NCBI RefSeq assembly: GCF_009914755.1
Contig: NC_060934.1
Strand: one strand, 5' to 3'
Source: the human T2T-CHM13v2.0 reference genome, Homo sapiens
DNA: 64,000 nucleotides
The notes under the pieces were generated by a model. That model did not search any database and had not been told where the DNA came from. It saw only the letters and a program-made list of their open reading frames with translations. Shown in pieces: positions 47,179-63,999 of the stretch; position 1 is the first letter of the stretch, and each line of letters starts with the position of its first letter. The translations under genes were made by a program, and so were the position numbers.

Positions 47179-48211
47179 GTGAGGAATTCACCTCGGTGTG
47201 GGAGGCTCTCCCAGCCCTAGCTCCTTTCTCTTGGGTTGGTGGGGCTGGGGGTGAGGTGAGGGGGTCACATATGGTGCCTGCATGGAGGGAGAATCAGAGA
47301 AGGAATTGATCTTAGAAAAGGTCCCACTGTAGTACAGATGTGGCCAACTTGGATGAACCCACAGAGCCTTGGTAGGCGGGGCTTGCACCAATCCCTATTG
47401 AAAGGTGGCCAGCTCATCCCTGGGCCTCCCCAGCAGCCACAGCCCTCTCCGGAGGTCTTGGTTAGATCTGATGCTGTGTGTAGGCCCCACACGCCCTCCT
47501 CTCTGAGGCTGAAAAGATCATATACTTTCCGGGCTGGTTCCATATTCTTTCTGGGCTGGTTCTCTATTTCACTGTCCACTCCCTGTCCATTAAATATCCC
47601 TATTTGTTGAACGTATTTTACAATAATTTAAACTACTGCGAAAGCAAGACTCGCTCCTTGCTGAGCTGGAAAGTACACAAACCCAAATTGCTTGTTGCCC
47701 TGACAGCAAGAGGCATGTTTGCTGCATAGCCTTCCAGCCTTTTTTTCTTTAAAGCTGGGATCTTATTGTTTTATAGCCTGCATTTTCCCTTATTGTTTTC
47801 ATTTTACTTTTTTTTTTTTTTTTTTTTAGAGATGAGGTCCTGCTGTGTTGCCCAGGCTGGCAGTGCCTGGCACTCCATCCTCGAATTCCTAGGCTCAAAT
47901 GATCCTCCCACCTCAGCCTCCTGCATAGCTGGGACTATAGGCATAAGCCACATGCCTGGCTCTCATTTTACTTTAAAATGTTCTTCCAAACTTTGGGGGA
48001 TGTTGGTGCAATAACCCAAGCTGACTTGGCAGAACAGGAAATCCAGACAGGAAGTCACCATGCCATACATGGGGAAGACTTGGCCGAGTCTGTGCCTGCT
48101 GGCTGAGTTGTCCCCGTGGGTGAGGACTTTGGTGTTTTCTCCTGGAAATGCCACTGGATAAACATGCTTTCCTCAATGTCTTCCCAGGATCTCACAAACA
48201 AAGGCTGAAAC

Positions 48212-48400
48212 CTGGGTGTGATGTGTGCCTGTAGTCTCAGCTACTCAGGAGGCTGAGGCAGGAGGATCACGTGAGCCCAGGAGTTTGAGGCTGTGGTGTG
48301 CTATGTTTGTACCTGTGAACAGCCATCACACTCTAGCCTGGGCAACATAGTGAGACCCTATCTGCAGATTAAAAAATAAAATTTTTTAAATTAAAAAAAA
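48212..48400 (+). mobile_element. FAM-like fossil Alu monomer
   Basis: cctgtgaacagcca...cactctagcctgggcaacatagtgagacc segment typical of FAM. Confidence 0.7.
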
Positions 48401-48694
48401 CATCGACAACAAAAAACAAGGGCTGGAGTCCCGGTGGCCTGTCCCTCATATTTCCATTGCAGAGGCCTTCACCCACAAAGCAAGAGGATGGGCTCCCCTC
48501 TTCAGCTCCTGTCGGCTCTTTCTCTCCCCTAGACCCTGAACCTTGATGAGGCCTTGCTCCTTCAGACAGGCCCAGCAGGCAGGATCTAGGGATGTCTCAG
48601 CAGCCACCTTCACTACCTGCTGCCTCTGTGGGGAAGGAGGGAGGGAAACACCTCCTTCCCACCCGCTGATTCCCTCTGGCCTTGTGTTCGGCAG

Positions 48695-48794
48695 GACATG
48701 GACGTGGACATCCTGGCCCTGGTCAATGACACCGTGGGGACCATGATGACCTGTGCCTATGACGACCCCTACTGCGAAGTTGGTGTCATCATCG
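48695..48794 (+). CDS. HKDC1: HKDC1 exon 6: [33 protein letters not shown]
   Basis: gcag acceptor, gtaact donor, 100 bp; NDT motif. Confidence 0.96.
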
Positions 48795-49370
48795 GTAACT
48801 CAATTGGACTGGTTTTTTGAGGGTAGGGGAGAAGGGACTGTTTGGGAGTTTCATTTCAGCGAGCTCTGAGTGAATTCGGCGGGAAGGGCACTGCACTATT
48901 TAGGAGAAGCAACATAGGGACATGAAAAATTCATTCATTCATCCATTCGACAAGTGTTTACTGAGCACCCATTGTGTGCCGGCCCCTGGGCTTGGCACTG
49001 GGTTTGGAGTGGGGAGTTCCTGTGCTCCTGGAACTTTCAGTGGGGAGGTGGGTGAGAGGCCCAGAAGGCCTAGGCTATTAAGATAATTTCAGGTGGTGGT
49101 TAGCGTGATAAAAAAACAAAAAACAAAAAACAAAGAGAGTGATGTGACTGTGAGTGGGATGAGGCGTCAGGGAAGCCTCTCTGAGGGGTGGCATTTGAGC
49201 CGGGACCTCAGTGATGCAAACCAGGGAGCAAGGTGGAGGCCCGAGGGTAGGGAGTCCCTGCCAAAGGAAAGAGGACACCTACAGGCTTGGAGATGGGAAG
49301 GGGTCCAGGGAGGGGGCACTGGGGGAACCCTATAGCCGAGTGGTGTCCGGATGAGGTGAGTGAAGGCTGA

Positions 49371-49903
<533 letters not shown>

Positions 49904-51226
49904 TGACCATCCAAGAGACCACTGGACTGTCAGGCAAGGTGCACTGCAGCTGTGGACCAGAGAGGTCGTGGTGCAGTGGGGGTTTCCAGTGGGTGGTCTC
50001 CACACCAGAGCGAGGGGGTCAGCTGGAGGAATGTGTGGGAAGGCAGTTTGGGGTACAGTAAAGCTGAATGGCTCTGACTTATAGGTTGTTCTTGAATATC
50101 CCCTTCTCCTTTTCCCATTCCTTTACCACTCCTGGGGAAAGTTCTTCTGAATTGCTTTTTCTTAATGTCCCTCAAGACCCTCCTCAGCCTGGCTTTCCCA
50201 AAGGGCAGGTTTTTAAACGTGAGGGGCTCCCTCCACCCTTCTGTTTCCAGGAGCCTCAGAATGGTTCAGGCCCTTGCCAGTCATGGCACCCGCCTGTCAC
50301 TGTGGCTGCGTCTGGTAACCACAGATTGGGGGGGCCACGCCTAAACAGTGTCCGTGCATTTCTGAGAAAAGCTTTTTCCAAATATTACATTCTGCTTTTC
50401 TACATTTCTCATTTTCCATGTTGGCATTTAAAATACTCATACCAGAGTATCAGCCAAGGGAAGATACTGAAGAAAAAAAAAAAAAAAAAAAAAAACCCGA
50501 AAATTCAAACAGCTTTATTGAGGCATAAAAGTCCTCCGATTTTAGGTATACGATTCAATGATTTGTAGTAAACGTATAGTTTTGTAACCATCACCACAAT
50601 CCGATTTTAGAACATTTCTGTCCTCCCAAAAGAGTCCAAAAAGATGGTGCCCACTTGCAGTCATTCCCCAGTGCTCAAGTGTTTGAGGCATTTCCTTGGA
50701 GCGATTTTGTGTTTGCATAACGGAATGTTGCTTTCTTAGGTGGTAGCTAATCACAGTCTAAGATAAGGATGCAGCTTATGCTAGAAACAATTTGTGGCAG
50801 GCCATAAGTAAAGAATATTTTTAGTATCACATAGAGAGGAAGCTAAGTAGCTTAAGGAAAGAATTTTCAAAATTACCCTGGGTTGGTGATTTTTTGAAAA
50901 AAATATTTACAAGATTATCTTCATTTGTCCTCTTGTAAGAGCGCTTCGTCAGCTTTCATCCATATTCATCAGCGGACTTCTTCACAATTGACTCCATTCA
51001 GAACAGCAAACCCTGAGCACCCTGAGAAGTGCAGACTTGACATGTCAGCTGTTTTCCCCATGTGCTTGGGGCTTGCCCAAGCTGCTTCCCTCAGCGAGAG
51101 CCAGCCCCCAGGGAATGAAAAGCACTTTGTGGTACATTGAGGAGGACTCCCCAGCAGTCAAGAGTTCTCTGTCTGTGCCCAGCTGGGAGTCCTCTCTCTG
51201 CATATTCTCTCTGATCCCTGGTTCAG

Positions 51227-51410
51227 GAACTGGCACCAATGCGTGTTACATGGAGGACATGAGCAACATTGACCTGGTGGAGGGCGACGAGGGCAGGATG
51301 TGCATCAACACAGAGTGGGGGGCCTTCGGGGACGACGGGGCCCTGGAGGACATTCGCACTGAGTTCGACAGGGAGCTGGACCTCGGCTCTCTCAACCCAG
51401 GAAAGCAACT
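51227..51410 (+). CDS. HKDC1: HKDC1 exon 7: (G)[11 protein letters not shown]...[11 protein letters not shown]...NPGKQ
   Basis: ttcag acceptor, gtgagt donor, 184 bp. Confidence 0.96.
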
Positions 51411-51582
51411 GTGAGTTCCCTTCTGGTGTTATCTGGGCATCGGCACCAGGCAGTGCCTAATCACTCAGGTCCCCTGGCTACCTGGGAGGCTTTCCAGTTG
51501 TGACTAGCTATCCATCACAACTTTCTTTCTTTTTTTCTTTTTCCTTTTTTTTTTTTTTTTGAGATGGAGTCTCACTCTCTAG

Positions 51583-51750
<168 letters not shown>

Positions 51751-52913
51751 TAGGCTGGTTTTGCACTCCTGAGCTCAGGCAATCCTCCCGCCTCAGCCTC
51801 CCAAAGTGCTGGGATTACAGGCATGAGCCACCATGCATGGCCCCATTACAACAAATTTATAAGGCATTGCTTGTATTTCAGTTTCATCTGACAAATGAGG
51901 AAATAGAAGCCAAGGACATTGAAAGATTTCCCTAAGTCATAACCCTAATAACCCTAATTCTAATTCAGTCAGTATTTGTGGGTTACGTATGTGCATGATA
52001 GGCACTGAAGATAAGAGCACTCGGACGCTTGGCCGCAGAACACACCTGGGCAGTGAGGAGAAGGCAGGCACAGCCGAACTCGTCGTGTTCGCATGTCCCC
52101 CAGCCGCCTTGCTTTCTCGGAGGCCTAATCACTCAGCAAGTGGTGACTCTGGCAGGACCTTCCCTCTGTGTTTGCTGTCCACAATTTTTATTTTGATGCT
52201 CAAATTGTTTCAGATTTGGCCAAAGGAAGCCTCTGAAGCTGCCTCCTGTGTCCTTTTGACATGTTCCATCACTCTTTAAGTACTTCCTTATTTCCTGGCA
52301 CCGTAAGACGTTCCCGGCTCATGTCGCACTTTCCTAGCCCCAGCCCTGGAATCAGCCATTTTGTCAAGACATGCTGGTGAATTTCAAGCACCTTCTAGGA
52401 GCGATTCAAACACTAGAACTGTGCACCCGGGAAGCACATTCCACTTTGGTGGCACCTACTCCAGGCACATGCCTGTGCTCTAGTGACCCATTGCAGTCAT
52501 GTCCCAAGGACGTGGTGTCCATTTTTTGAATTTTATCATCTTCACCCATTTCCATTTTACTTAAAATAAATTCTATTCCTTCCAGGCCTGGTGGCTCATG
52601 CGTGTAATCCCAGCACTTTGGGAGGCTGAGGTGGGAGGACTGCTTTAGTCCTGGAATTTGAGACCAGCTTGGGCAACATAGTGAGACCAGTCTCTATAAA
52701 AATAAAAATTAAAAAAAAAAATTAGTCAGGTGTGATGGCAGATGCCTGTAGTTCCAACCACTCAGGAGACTGAGGTGGGAGGATCACTTGAGCCAGGGAG
52801 GTCCAGGGTGCAGTAAGCTGTGATCATACCATTGCACTCCAGCCTGGGCAACAGAGCAAGACCCTGTCTCAAAAAATATATATATATATTATATTCCCTG
52901 ACATCCACCCTAA

Positions 52914-53183
<270 letters not shown>

Positions 53184-53615
53184 TGATCCACCCGCCTTGG
53201 CCTCCCAAAGTGCTGGGATTACAGGCATGAGTCACTGTACCTGGCCTGTTCTAAGACTTTTTATAGTGAACTATATAAAGTAGATTGTGACATAGATTGT
53301 TCTTGATTTTGTGTCTTATTGTGTTTGGAAAATAAGCATTATATTTAGGCCTGATGCGGTGGCTCTTATCTGTAATTCCAGTGCTTCGGGAGGCCAGGGC
53401 AGGAGAAACACTGGAGGCCAGGAGTTTATGATAAGCCTAGGCAACATAATTAGATCCTGTCTCTACGAAAATAAAAAAATTAGCCAGGTGTGATGATGCA
53501 CCCCTATGGGAGGCTGAGGCAGGAGGATCACTTGAGGCCAGGAGTTCGAGGCTGCAGTGAGCTATGATTGCACCACTGCACTTTAGCCTGGGTGACAGAA
53601 CGAGATCCTGTCTCC

Positions 53616-53654
<39 letters not shown>
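53616..53654 (+). repeat. (AAT)13 Alu-tail microsatellite
   Basis: Direct read. Confidence 0.95.
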
Positions 53655-53655
<1 letters not shown>

Positions 53656-54123
53656 TTCAATAGTCTGCCTGGGAAACAATTAGGAATTGTTGGTGTGCAG
53701 ACTTGGAGTAAAGCTGTAGGTAGCCATGGCAATGTTAAATCCACATTGTTGTAGAGCCTGTCTGGGGCTGTCCAAGCCCATCTCACAAGCACAGCATCTT
53801 TCTCTCTTGGACAGAAGCTTGATGTAGGAGTGGGAAGCATCTGAGTGTGAAATTTGACTTGTCGCATCATGTTTGAGTGATTTTGGGAAAATACCCAAAG
53901 TCTGTGAAATTGAGAGTCCCTATGCTCGATGTGAGAATGGTACCCATGGCCAGGGTGATTTGAGACAAAAGTTCTTGCCATCCAGCACTTTGCGAGAAGG
54001 AGGGAATCTTAGCTCAGCCCTCTCCCATGTGCTCCTTCCTGTGGGCAGTGGCTCCTGGTCTTCGGGAAATGATGCAGCTTAATCAAAGGGGCTGCGTCCA
54101 CAGATCTGTTCACCAACCTGCAG

Positions 54124-54279
54124 GTTCGAGAAGATGATCAGTGGCCTGTACCTGGGGGAGCTTGTCAGGCTTATCTTGCTGAAGATGGCCAAGGCTGGCC
54201 TCCTGTTTGGTGGTGAGAAATCTTCTGCTCTCCACACTAAGGGCAAGATCGAAACACGGCACGTGGCTGCCATGGAGAA
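54124..54279 (+). CDS. HKDC1: HKDC1 exon 8: (L)[18 protein letters not shown]...RHVAAME
   Basis: ctgcag acceptor, gtaagc donor, 156 bp. Confidence 0.95.
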
Positions 54280-54999
54280 GTAAGCAAGTCCCTCTGCCTT
54301 GGCTCTGTGGAGGGCTGGGATGGGAGGCCCAGGTGTGGGGTGCTCCATGTGGTAGGACAGCAGGAGGGACTAGATCCTCCTCCTTCACCAGGAAGATTTC
54401 AGACCTGGGCATGGCTTCAGATGGGTTAGCAATTTCTGCCATGACTCAGATGAGAGGTTCTTGTTGGTTTCATCAGTGAGGGACTCTGCTGTCAGAGGGC
54501 CACCCTCTTCCCATGTTCTGTTGCCTTCTTGTTAAAGTGGTAACTTGTAGCATTTTTAGGATCACAGATCCTTTTGAGAACTTTATTCAGGTTCTAGACC
54601 CTTAGCCCCGAAAATGTACATTCACACACAAGTTTGCTTACAATATCAGGGCATCCTTGGACACTAAGCTCATTGTGGAATCCAAGTCCAGAACTCCTGT
54701 GATAGCAGAGCCTTCTCCACCTGCTCCCATCAGGAACTGGCTTTGAATGTGGTGATGTGAGGCCTTACACACAGGTCCCTCGCATGGAGCTGGCTGGTGA
54801 AGGCTGCAGGTGAAGGCGGCTGGCCCCGGTGTGACTGCATTGCCGTCCAGCACATCTGAGGGTCCTGCTCCTCAGGCTTAGAAATCTTGGCATCGCCTTG
54901 ACTTTGTGATCAGTTTAGATTCTGAGCTCAGCCACGTGGCGCTGACCTGCAGCATCTATGTCTATGCAGAACTTGGCAGGGACAGAATTTCCGTGAAAG

Positions 55000-55260
55000 T
55001 CAGCATAGCACAGGGTGATTAAAAGTGTGGGTGCTAGAATCTAACTGCTAAGTTCAAATCTCGGCTCTAGCCCTTACTAGCTGTGTAGCCAAGGACAAGT
55101 TACTCAACCTTTCTGCACTCACATCTCTCATCTGTACGATAGGGTAATGACGGTGCCTCCCGCAGGATTTTTGTGGGCGTTGAAGGAGTTACTATGTGTA
55201 AAATCCTTAGACAAGTACCTGGCTCATGGTGACTGCTCAGTTAGTGGCAGCTGCTACTAT
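55000..55260 (+). mobile_element. MIR
   Basis: gttcaaatctcggctct...cttactagctgtgt...caagttactcaacctttctg...ctcatctgta core. Confidence 0.7.
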
Positions 55261-55404
55261 CAATGTTGATATTGTTATTTTTATTCTATACCATGGACCT
55301 GCCTATTAATTTTCACAATCCTGAGAGGTGGAGAAGCTTGTTCCCCCAGGAGGATACCAGTGGGATGGAGAAGTGTCGTTCACTCATTCCTGTCCCCTGG
55401 CCAG

Positions 55405-55638
55405 GTATAAAGAAGGCCTTGCTAATACAAGAGAGATCCTGGTGGACCTGGGTCTGGAACCGTCTGAGGCTGACTGCATTGCCGTCCAGCATGTCTGTAC
55501 CATCGTCTCCTTCCGCTCGGCCAATCTCTGTGCAGCAGCTCTGGCGGCCATCCTGACACGCCTCCGGGAGAACAAGAAGGTGGAACGGCTCCGGACCACA
55601 GTGGGCATGGACGGCACCCTCTACAAGATACACCCTCA
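55405..55638 (+). CDS. HKDC1: HKDC1 exon 9: (K)[12 protein letters not shown]...[12 protein letters not shown]
   Basis: ccag acceptor, gtgagt donor, 234 bp. Confidence 0.96.
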
Positions 55639-56467
55639 GTGAGTGCTGCCTGCCATCCACGCCCCCACAAATGAGTCTCCCTGGAGCAGGGCCCCAGTGT
55701 CTTCTGGACTATCCTGCCTATCTGGGGTCTGGAACCAACAACCCCTCTTGTTGGTTCTGAGATTACAAGGGAAAAGGTGAATCCAGGGCCTGCATTCATC
55801 TAGCTGGCTGGGTTGCTTTTGGGGATTACTCTTAAAGAAATATTCTGCTAAAGCCAATTGCCTAATTAGGAATGCTGTCCATCCATGTATCTATGTCCAC
55901 CCATCCATCACCCGCCCATTCATCTCTCCATTCATTCTTCCATCTAGCCATTATTTACTGAACACCTACTATGTGGTTAAGGCTGGGAAGTAAGATACAC
56001 CTAGTCATAGATGGGGAAAAATAGAGATGGCACAGGTTGCCAAGATTATGGGAAGGGTCCTGGTAGGAAAACACAGGGAAATGGGAATTTTCCAGAAGGA
56101 AGGAGAGTGAAAGCCCCTTTGGCTACCGGGGTGGACTTGGAAGTCAAGTGGTTACACCCTGGAAAGAGCTGAGAAAGAAAATCCTTCTCTTTGGACAGAA
56201 ATGATGTTCAGCCAATACATTATGCACAGACTGGTTGAAATGTTCGTTGACAGAATAAGCACTCCCCGAGCCTCCCAAGTGCCTTCCACTGCCCCAGCTT
56301 CTTAGTCCCTCCCTCCTCTCATCCCCTCCCCTCCCTACCATCAGCAAATAAAGGGCTGAGCCCCGCCCCGCAGGGCCCTCCGGGACTGGGTTTACTGCTG
56401 CCCCTGGGTCTGTGCCTGAGCCTGGCCTTTATGATTGCTAAATATTTTGCCATCACCCCTGCTTCAG

Positions 56468-56772
56468 GTACCCAAAACGCCTGCACAAGGTGGTGAGGAA
56501 ACTGGTCCCAAGCTGTGATGTCCGCTTCCTCCTGTCAGAGAGTGGCAGCACCAAGGGGGCCGCCATGGTGACCGCGGTGGCCTCCCGCGTGCAGGCCCAG
56601 CGGAAGCAGATCGACAGGGTGCTGGCTTTGTTCCAGCTGACCCGAGAGCAGCTCGTGGACGTGCAGGCCAAGATGCGGGCTGAGCTGGAGTATGGGCTGA
56701 AGAAGAAGAGCCACGGGCTGGCCACGGTCAGGATGCTGCCCACCTACGTCTGCGGGCTGCCGGACGGCACAG
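56468..56772 (+). CDS. HKDC1: HKDC1 exon 10: (Q)YPKRLHKVVRK...SGSTKGAAMVTAV...MLPTYVCGLPDGT, N/C-half junction
   Basis: ttcag acceptor, gtgggc donor, 305 bp. Confidence 0.96.
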
Positions 56773-57519
56773 GTGGGCCAGCACAGCCTCCCTCTCTGAA
56801 CAGCCATCCAGGGCTCCCGTCAAAACTCCTTAAAGCCAGTGAGGTTCTTGGTTTTTAGAAACTTGGGTTCACGTCTCTAATGGAGGGCAAGAGTAAGAAG
56901 AAGGCTAGTATTCTTTCTAAATCTGTTGGCCTTTGTTAACCCAAGGCATTTGCAGTAAAAACAAAACAAATAAACAAACAAAAACACAAAAAACCTACAT
57001 TAGGTTATGTGTGTGCACTTATGTGTGTGTAGATGAGAACATGAGTGTACCCCCCCCGACCCCCAGATCCTGACCCCAGGAACTTTGTTTTAGATGCCTG
57101 AGATTGCCTGGGCTTGTCTTCCTGCTGCTTCTCTGGCTCTGTTCTCTTCTGCAGCTTGGCTCACTTCCCTTTCCCTCTCATTGCTTCTGCCCCCAACTTC
57201 TCCAACCCTTGATCCTTCTGGTCCTCGGTGCTCAGCCAAAAGAAGCCACTAAGTAGTGAAATCAGTTCTTCAGACAAATTATTTTACCTCTTTGAATCTC
57301 ACGAGACTCTTCCGGAAATAATGACCTTAGTAAAATGCTTTACATCTTATAATTTGCTTTTGAACCTTTCATTTCATTTCATCCTCACAACCACTTGGAA
57401 CGTTACCAAAGAGGAAATGGTTCCCATTTTATGGATGCCATACCTGAGACTTACAGAGGCTAGATGACCTACTCAAGGTCCAACAGCTGTACTTGGGATC
57501 TCTTAACTGAGAGCAGTAA

Positions 57520-57842
<323 letters not shown>

Positions 57843-58333
57843 GGAGGCCCCTTGAGTATAAGAATCATGCATTTCCTTGACTGGATGCCCTGTACCGTTC
57901 CTTGGGGCTCCCGAGAAGGCTGTCAGTCAGTGAAGCTGAAAGAGCCTTCAGAGGTTCAGTCTCCTGATTTTGCAGATGTGGAAGGATGGGACCTTGCCTC
58001 TCTTGCTCAAGATAAAAAGCCATTTCTCAGAAGCCCCAGGTCCCTTGACTCCAGGCCAGGGCTCTTTTCACGGCACCTCACTGGCGATAGTGTAGGTGGT
58101 GCCTGGGACTTTACCACAGAAGTGGAGGCCAAGGAAAGCAGCCTGGCCTCACGCAGGCTCAAGATGCCTGCCCGGGGCCCGGGCACTGTGCAGGGTGGCC
58201 CCCACGACCCTCTGGTCTATGAGGCCCAGGAGTGCAGGCCCTGGGTCCGCTCTGCTCCGACGTCTCCTCTTCCTCCCAATGCCCCGACACAAGTCCCTGT
58301 CATGGAATGCAGCCGCTGCTTTCTCCATCACAG

Positions 58334-58479
58334 AGAAAGGAAAGTTTCTCGCCCTGGATCTTGGGGGAACCAACTTCCGGGTCCTCCTGGTGAAGATCAG
58401 AAGTGGACGGAGGTCAGTGCGAATGTACAACAAGATCTTCGCCATCCCCCTGGAGATCATGCAGGGCACTGGTGAGGAG
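58334..58479 (+). CDS. HKDC1: HKDC1 exon 11: (E)[19 protein letters not shown]...MQGTGEE
   Basis: cacag acceptor, gtaagt donor, 146 bp. Confidence 0.96.
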
Positions 58480-58576
58480 GTAAGTGCCAGGCAAGGCCTT
58501 TGGGCTCCGAGGTGCCAGCCTGCCACCCTGCATCGATGTCCGCCTGGTGTGAATGCCGCTCTCTCTCTCTCTGCAG

Positions 58577-58696
58577 CTCTTTGATCACATTGTGCAGTGC
58601 ATCGCCGACTTCCTGGACTACATGGGCCTCAAGGGAGCCTCCCTACCTTTGGGCTTCACATTCTCATTTCCCTGCAGGCAGATGAGCATTGACAAG
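58577..58696 (+). CDS. HKDC1: HKDC1 exon 12: [12 protein letters not shown]...[16 protein letters not shown]; gene continues beyond the window
   Basis: ctgcag acceptor, gtaaga donor, 120 bp; no exon 13 seen before 64000. Confidence 0.96.
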
Positions 58697-59094
58697 GTAA
58701 GATAGCCCCACCAGGCTCACGGCCAGCCCAGTGGGCTTCCTTCCTCTTCTGGGACCATCTCCAGGTAACTCCCAGCCTGCCTTCATTTTTACAGGGATCT
58801 TGGGTTCAGGGCAGCTGGGAACACATGATAGAGAATTTCAACAATTTAATTTTTAATCAATTTATCACGATTTTTTAGACTGACCATTCACAAGAGAATT
58901 TAGAGTAGTATGCAATAAAGGGACACGTGCATAATATTCCTACTAAAAGAGAGGTCGAATCATATTATGGAGAGAGGGAGAAAGAGGTAATGTCCAGTGA
59001 AGGCCAGTTATAACAATTGGGCAGTAATACGATCTGTGTCTTTCTGGACAGCCATGTAAACAGGGAATTACAATGGGTTTTTATCGTCTGATGA

Positions 59095-60198
<1,104 letters not shown>

Positions 60199-60268
60199 TA
60201 ATTCATAAATATGGAGACATTTATTACAAAATCTTTCCTGTAATTCTAGGGTAAAAACACCCAGGGTT

Positions 60269-61012
<744 letters not shown>

Positions 61013-61054
<42 letters not shown>
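61013..61054 (+). repeat. (GT)21 microsatellite
   Basis: Direct read. Confidence 0.95.
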
Positions 61055-61056
<2 letters not shown>

Positions 61057-62048
61057 CTGTGTGTAAAAACAAAAAATCACCCAGGCTTAACTTTATGTGT
61101 AATGAATAAAGATTTTTAATTGGGAAGCTAAGACACAGGAAGGTCAGTATTGTGTGTTTTTTGCATGGTTTTTTTGGTAAACTAGCTTGACCAAGAGGTA
61201 GAGCTTAGAAGTGGGGACTAGACACTGGGCTAAGCTCTTAGACTCCCCAGAGCTCCAGTGGGTCATGGGGCCTCGGCCTGGAGCTGACAGTGGGTGAGTG
61301 AGGCTGGGCCTTTGCATGAGGCTGGGGCAGAGCTGTCTGTTCTGCAGATGGAGGGAGACAGTTTGCAGCCTCTGCCAGTGCCCACACAGAAAGCCTCCGG
61401 GCAGGGACATGTCCTTCTGCAGGGGCTTGGGAGCAGGCCCAGATGAGGCCACACAGAGAGGCCCAGTGTCCTTCCTAAGGTCAGAAAACACAGTGTTCGA
61501 GAGCACAGGCTCTGGGGTTATGGGCTCCTGTTTTGCAAACCTGTCTCTACTGTTTCCCATATGAATAACCTTGAGCAGATTATTTAACTTCTCTGAGGCA
61601 TGGTTTCCCCATTGGTGAAAATGGAGGAACATGGTGAGGACTAAATGAGCTCGTGTGTGTAAAATGCATAGCGTGGGTCTAGCACCTGGCAGGCACTCAA
61701 ATCCTAGTATCATCCTTCACTTTCGAGGCAGCATAGGATTGAAATTCAGCCTGGAAAAGGCCAAGAGGAATCCAGTGCTGGTAATGGTGGTGAGGAAGGG
61801 GTGCACTGTCGCCAGGGCCTGACATCATAGCGGTGAATTCTCTGCAATCCCTGGCCTCAGCTTCACAGACAGACTCACCAGCTTGTGGAGAGGAGCTCTG
61901 TCTTTCTGACAGACTCTCATCAGCCAAGCTTCCGAGACTGGCATAAAGCAGAATACAGCTTCCTAAATTTATGGTAGAACTCTGGTCAGCTCAGCAGGTC
62001 AACCAGAGAGCTCAGGACAATAATAAGGGTAGCACCAAAGATGCACTA

Positions 62049-62426
<378 letters not shown>

Positions 62427-63673
62427 TTAAATGCACACTTCTATGACATGAAATACATCCACATTTTTGTGCAGCCATCACCACCATCCATCTCTTAAAC
62501 TTTTTCTTTTCCATCTGAATTTCTGTACTCATTGAGCGCTGATTCCCTAGTCCTCCTTCCCCCAGACCCTTGGCTTCTCTACTTATTGGCTGTGTGACCT
62601 TGGGCAAGTCATTTAATCTCCCTGTTCCTTGGTTTCCTCATCTGAAAATGATTACAAAAATAGAACTCATTTTATAGGTGTGTTTTGTGGTTTTATTTTC
62701 GTGCAATTATATTCAAGGAATATTTTGCTCAGTGAAGGAATGTGGCACATCCATATAAATGGCCTGGAAGGATCTGGAAGATACATTATTGAATTAGAAA
62801 AAAAAATTGCAATAGTTCACACACAGCGTGAATTTACTTACTTAAAAATATGTGTAATTTCACCCCTGAAATAAGAAATGGTGGGAAAAAGAAAAAAATA
62901 CTAATAAATGGAGAGGAAAAGGTCTGGAAGGATTAATATCAGACTAATGGCAGAGGTTACCTCTCAGATTGGGAGGATGGGAGTTGAAGGGAACTCTATC
63001 CTTATCAGTAACATTTTAATTTTTTACACTACTAATGCATTCCTGCATTGCTGCTGCCATTAAAAATTAATACACCATCCGGGAGGGTGCCGTGTGCAGC
63101 TGTCTGCGGTCCTGACGGGGCACCAGGACACAGCTACTGCTCCTGACTCAGGACACTGGGCCTTTGGGCCTCTCTCCCAGCAGCTCTGAAGGTGTCGTGA
63201 AGACACAGTGAAGAAGGAGGGGAGACCCGTGGGCAGCTAAAAGTAAAGATACCCATGGTTGGGGAGAAAAAAGAGAGACATCAAAAAATAGATTAGTTTT
63301 GTGTAATTGCAATCAGTAAGAGAGGTTTCCCAGTTGGGAGTGTCTCTCTAATGTTCTACACATACCAACCAGGAAAGGAGCCAGCCAGGGGTCCAGTTTC
63401 CCAAGAACTATGGAGGGAAGGAGGGAGACTGGGGCTTGTGGGCTAACAGCCTCAGGGTGAGGCGGCATCCAGCCACGGGGCTGACGGCACTGCCATCAGA
63501 TTTTCTCACTGCCTTTCCTGTCCCAGAGCTTCTCCTGGCCTAGACACCCTAGCTCTGCCTGCCTTCACCCCCCTGGCTTTCTAGATGATGGAGTGCGAGG
63601 CTAGACTAACTCCTGCCTCAGGCTAACAATGTAACTTTGGGCTTCCTTTTGAGAATTAAAAATACTACTTTCG

Positions 63674-63999
<326 letters not shown>

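Noticed and set aside
51940-51957. TAACCCTAA twice, telomere-like
   Set aside because: Only two units, out of hexamer register; chance level
54804-54815. ctgcag|g as a cryptic acceptor for the exon-9-like fragment
   Set aside because: No pyrimidine tract; would give an immediate stop after exon 8
57852-58475. 207-aa ORF, the longest in the track
   Set aside because: GC-rich intron running out of frame over exon 11; starts at TTG; no recognisable domain
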